Shown: positions 34,577-35,419 of the stretch, piece by piece | How the letters are laid out: each line of letters starts with the position of its first letter | Position numbering within the stretch: position 1 is the stretch's first letter | Origin: an uncultured virus (IMG/VR IMGVR_UViG_3300021142_000016) | Taxonomy: Duplodnaviria; Heunggongvirae; Uroviricota; Caudoviricetes | DNA length: 35,419 nt | IMG/VR virus record: IMGVR_UViG_3300021142_000016 | Direction: 5' to 3' (one strand) | The notes under the pieces: generated by a model | What the model was told of the DNA's origin: nothing | The model's database searches: none | The model's input: only the letters and a program-made list of their open reading frames with translations | Translations under genes and position numbers: made by a program

Positions 34577-34598
34577 TGTCGGTGGTCTATGATAGACT
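34577..34598 (+). promoter_or_regulatory. PafBC/RecA-NDp-like promoter 3
   Basis: TGTCGG-TGGTCTATGA-TAGACT, exact TGTCGG-N10-TAnnnT; TTGAAA -35 at 34570. Confidence 0.8.
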
Positions 34599-34632
34599 AA
34601 CGATAGTTAGAAAATAAAGAAAGGTGGTCAAA

Positions 34633-34827
34633 ATGACTACACTAGAAAATGTAAATCTTGGTAAAGTATTGGGTATCTCTGCTCAGTTAGAAAATCGTAT
34701 GGTTCACGATTTTAATAATGGAGGATTAAAGTCTACTTATGGACTTAATACTCGTCAGCGTGTTATCGCTATAAAAATCTTCTTAGGTGGAAATGCCCCT
34801 AAGTGCTACTGTGTGGAGTGTATTTAA
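34633..34827 (+). CDS. Small hypothetical protein with C-terminal CxCxxC
   Basis: AGAAAGGTGG RBS then ATG 34633. Confidence 0.75.
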   Translation: MTTLENVNLGKVLGISAQLENRMVHDFNNGGLKSTYGLNTRQRVIAIKIFLGGNAPKCYCVECI

Positions 34828-34832
34828 CACTC

Positions 34833-34854
34833 TGTCAGTCCCCCCTGATATAAT
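34833..34854 (+). promoter_or_regulatory. PafBC/RecA-NDp-like promoter 4
   Basis: TGTCAG-TCCCCCCTGA-TATAAT. Confidence 0.78.
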
Positions 34855-34888
34855 TAACCCAATAAACAAAAAAGAAAGGTGGCAACTA

Positions 34889-35113
34889 ATGCTAATCTCA
34901 GAAGCCTTAGAAGGCAAATATGTAAAGTCCTCAAAAGGACAAGGCATAATCCAGTATGCAGATTTCCGAAAGGATATGCACCACTCTACCCCCGAGGGTT
35001 ATCTTGCTTATGCTTGCAAGGTTCGCCCTACTTATAACCCTGAAGTGCATAAGTTTATTCCAGAAGATTTCTGGACAACAATTTATGTCGGATTGGATAG
35101 TGAATTACTATGA
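34889..35113 (+). CDS. Small hypothetical protein (74 aa)
   Basis: AGAAAGGTGG RBS then ATG 34889; the track start at 34787 would span the promoter. Confidence 0.75.
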   Translation: MLISEALEGKYVKSSKGQGIIQYADFRKDMHHSTPEGYLAYACKVRPTYNPEVHKFIPEDFWTTIYVGLDSELL

Positions 35114-35316
35114 CAATTAAACTTGGTGGGCTAGGGCAGACTATTTCTGCCTATTGCCCAGTATGCTCAGAAAAAATGACTCATATGTGTATCGCTACAC
35201 TTGGAACGGGTCGCACAATTCGCTATGCTTGGGAATGCCAGCCTTGCGAATTATCTCTTAAATCCGACAAAGATGGCTATGCTCATCTCTTAACAGAAAT
35301 GGCTTACTATGTCTGA
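35110..35316 (+). CDS. Small zinc-ribbon protein
   Basis: CPVC...CQPC; ATGA overlap. Confidence 0.7.
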   Translation: MTIKLGGLGQTISAYCPVCSEKMTHMCIATLGTGRTIRYAWECQPCELSLKSDKDGYAHLLTEMAYYV

Positions 35317-35419
35317 TAAAATTTTCATATGTGATGAATGTGATACCCTTGCCACAATGTCAGTGCAAGGTGATACAATAACTATAAATAAATGTAAGTG
35401 CTTAACTTTAGAATGGAGC
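35309..35419 (+). CDS. Small Cys-containing protein, runs off window
   Basis: MSDKIFICDECDTLATMSVQGDTITINKCKCLTLEWS. Confidence 0.45.
   Translation, partial: MSDKIFICDECDTLATMSVQGDTITINKCKCLTLEWS
35358..35379 (+). promoter_or_regulatory. PafBC/RecA-NDp-like promoter 5
   Basis: TGTCAG-TGCAAGGTGA-TACAAT. Confidence 0.7.

Noticed and set aside
35086..35107. TGTCGG as a sixth PafBC-type promoter
   Set aside because: N10 spacing gives GAATTA, not TAnnnT
1..35419. tRNA, rRNA, integrase or transposase genes
   Set aside because: None recognised by eye; a tRNAscan-SE or Rfam scan would be needed to exclude them formally

Overview
AT-rich, gene-dense segment of a large tailed dsDNA phage, most likely infecting a low-GC actinobacterium (inferred from PASTA domains, AGAAAGG RBSs, a leaderless start, and PafBC/RecA-NDp-like and CRP/GlxR-like sites). 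1-24.5 kb (- strand) is a virion module: CHAP hydrolase, PBSX-type portal, many tail/fibre proteins, and an embedded cassette of two PASTA paralogues (one with a Pro-rich stalk and a C-terminal Hint domain), two 2OG-Fe(II) oxygenases and a GT2-TPR glycosyltransferase. 24.6-27.6 kb (-) holds a class II ribonucleotide reductase and a GT4. Strand switches at ~27.66 kb. 27.7-32.4 kb (+) holds a lysozyme-like gene containing a ~95% AT tract, a permuted papain-like amidase, Cys-rich proteins and a halogenase-like flavoprotein. 32.4-35.4 kb (+) is an early-type region of tiny ORFs, several missed by the ORF track. It carries five promoters matching TGTCRG-N10-TAnnnT (the actinobacterial PafBC DNA-damage promoter), three CRP-like boxes, GACAC palindromes, a repeated TGTCCGA box and small RNA structures. 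All family calls come from motifs recognised by eye; no searches were run.
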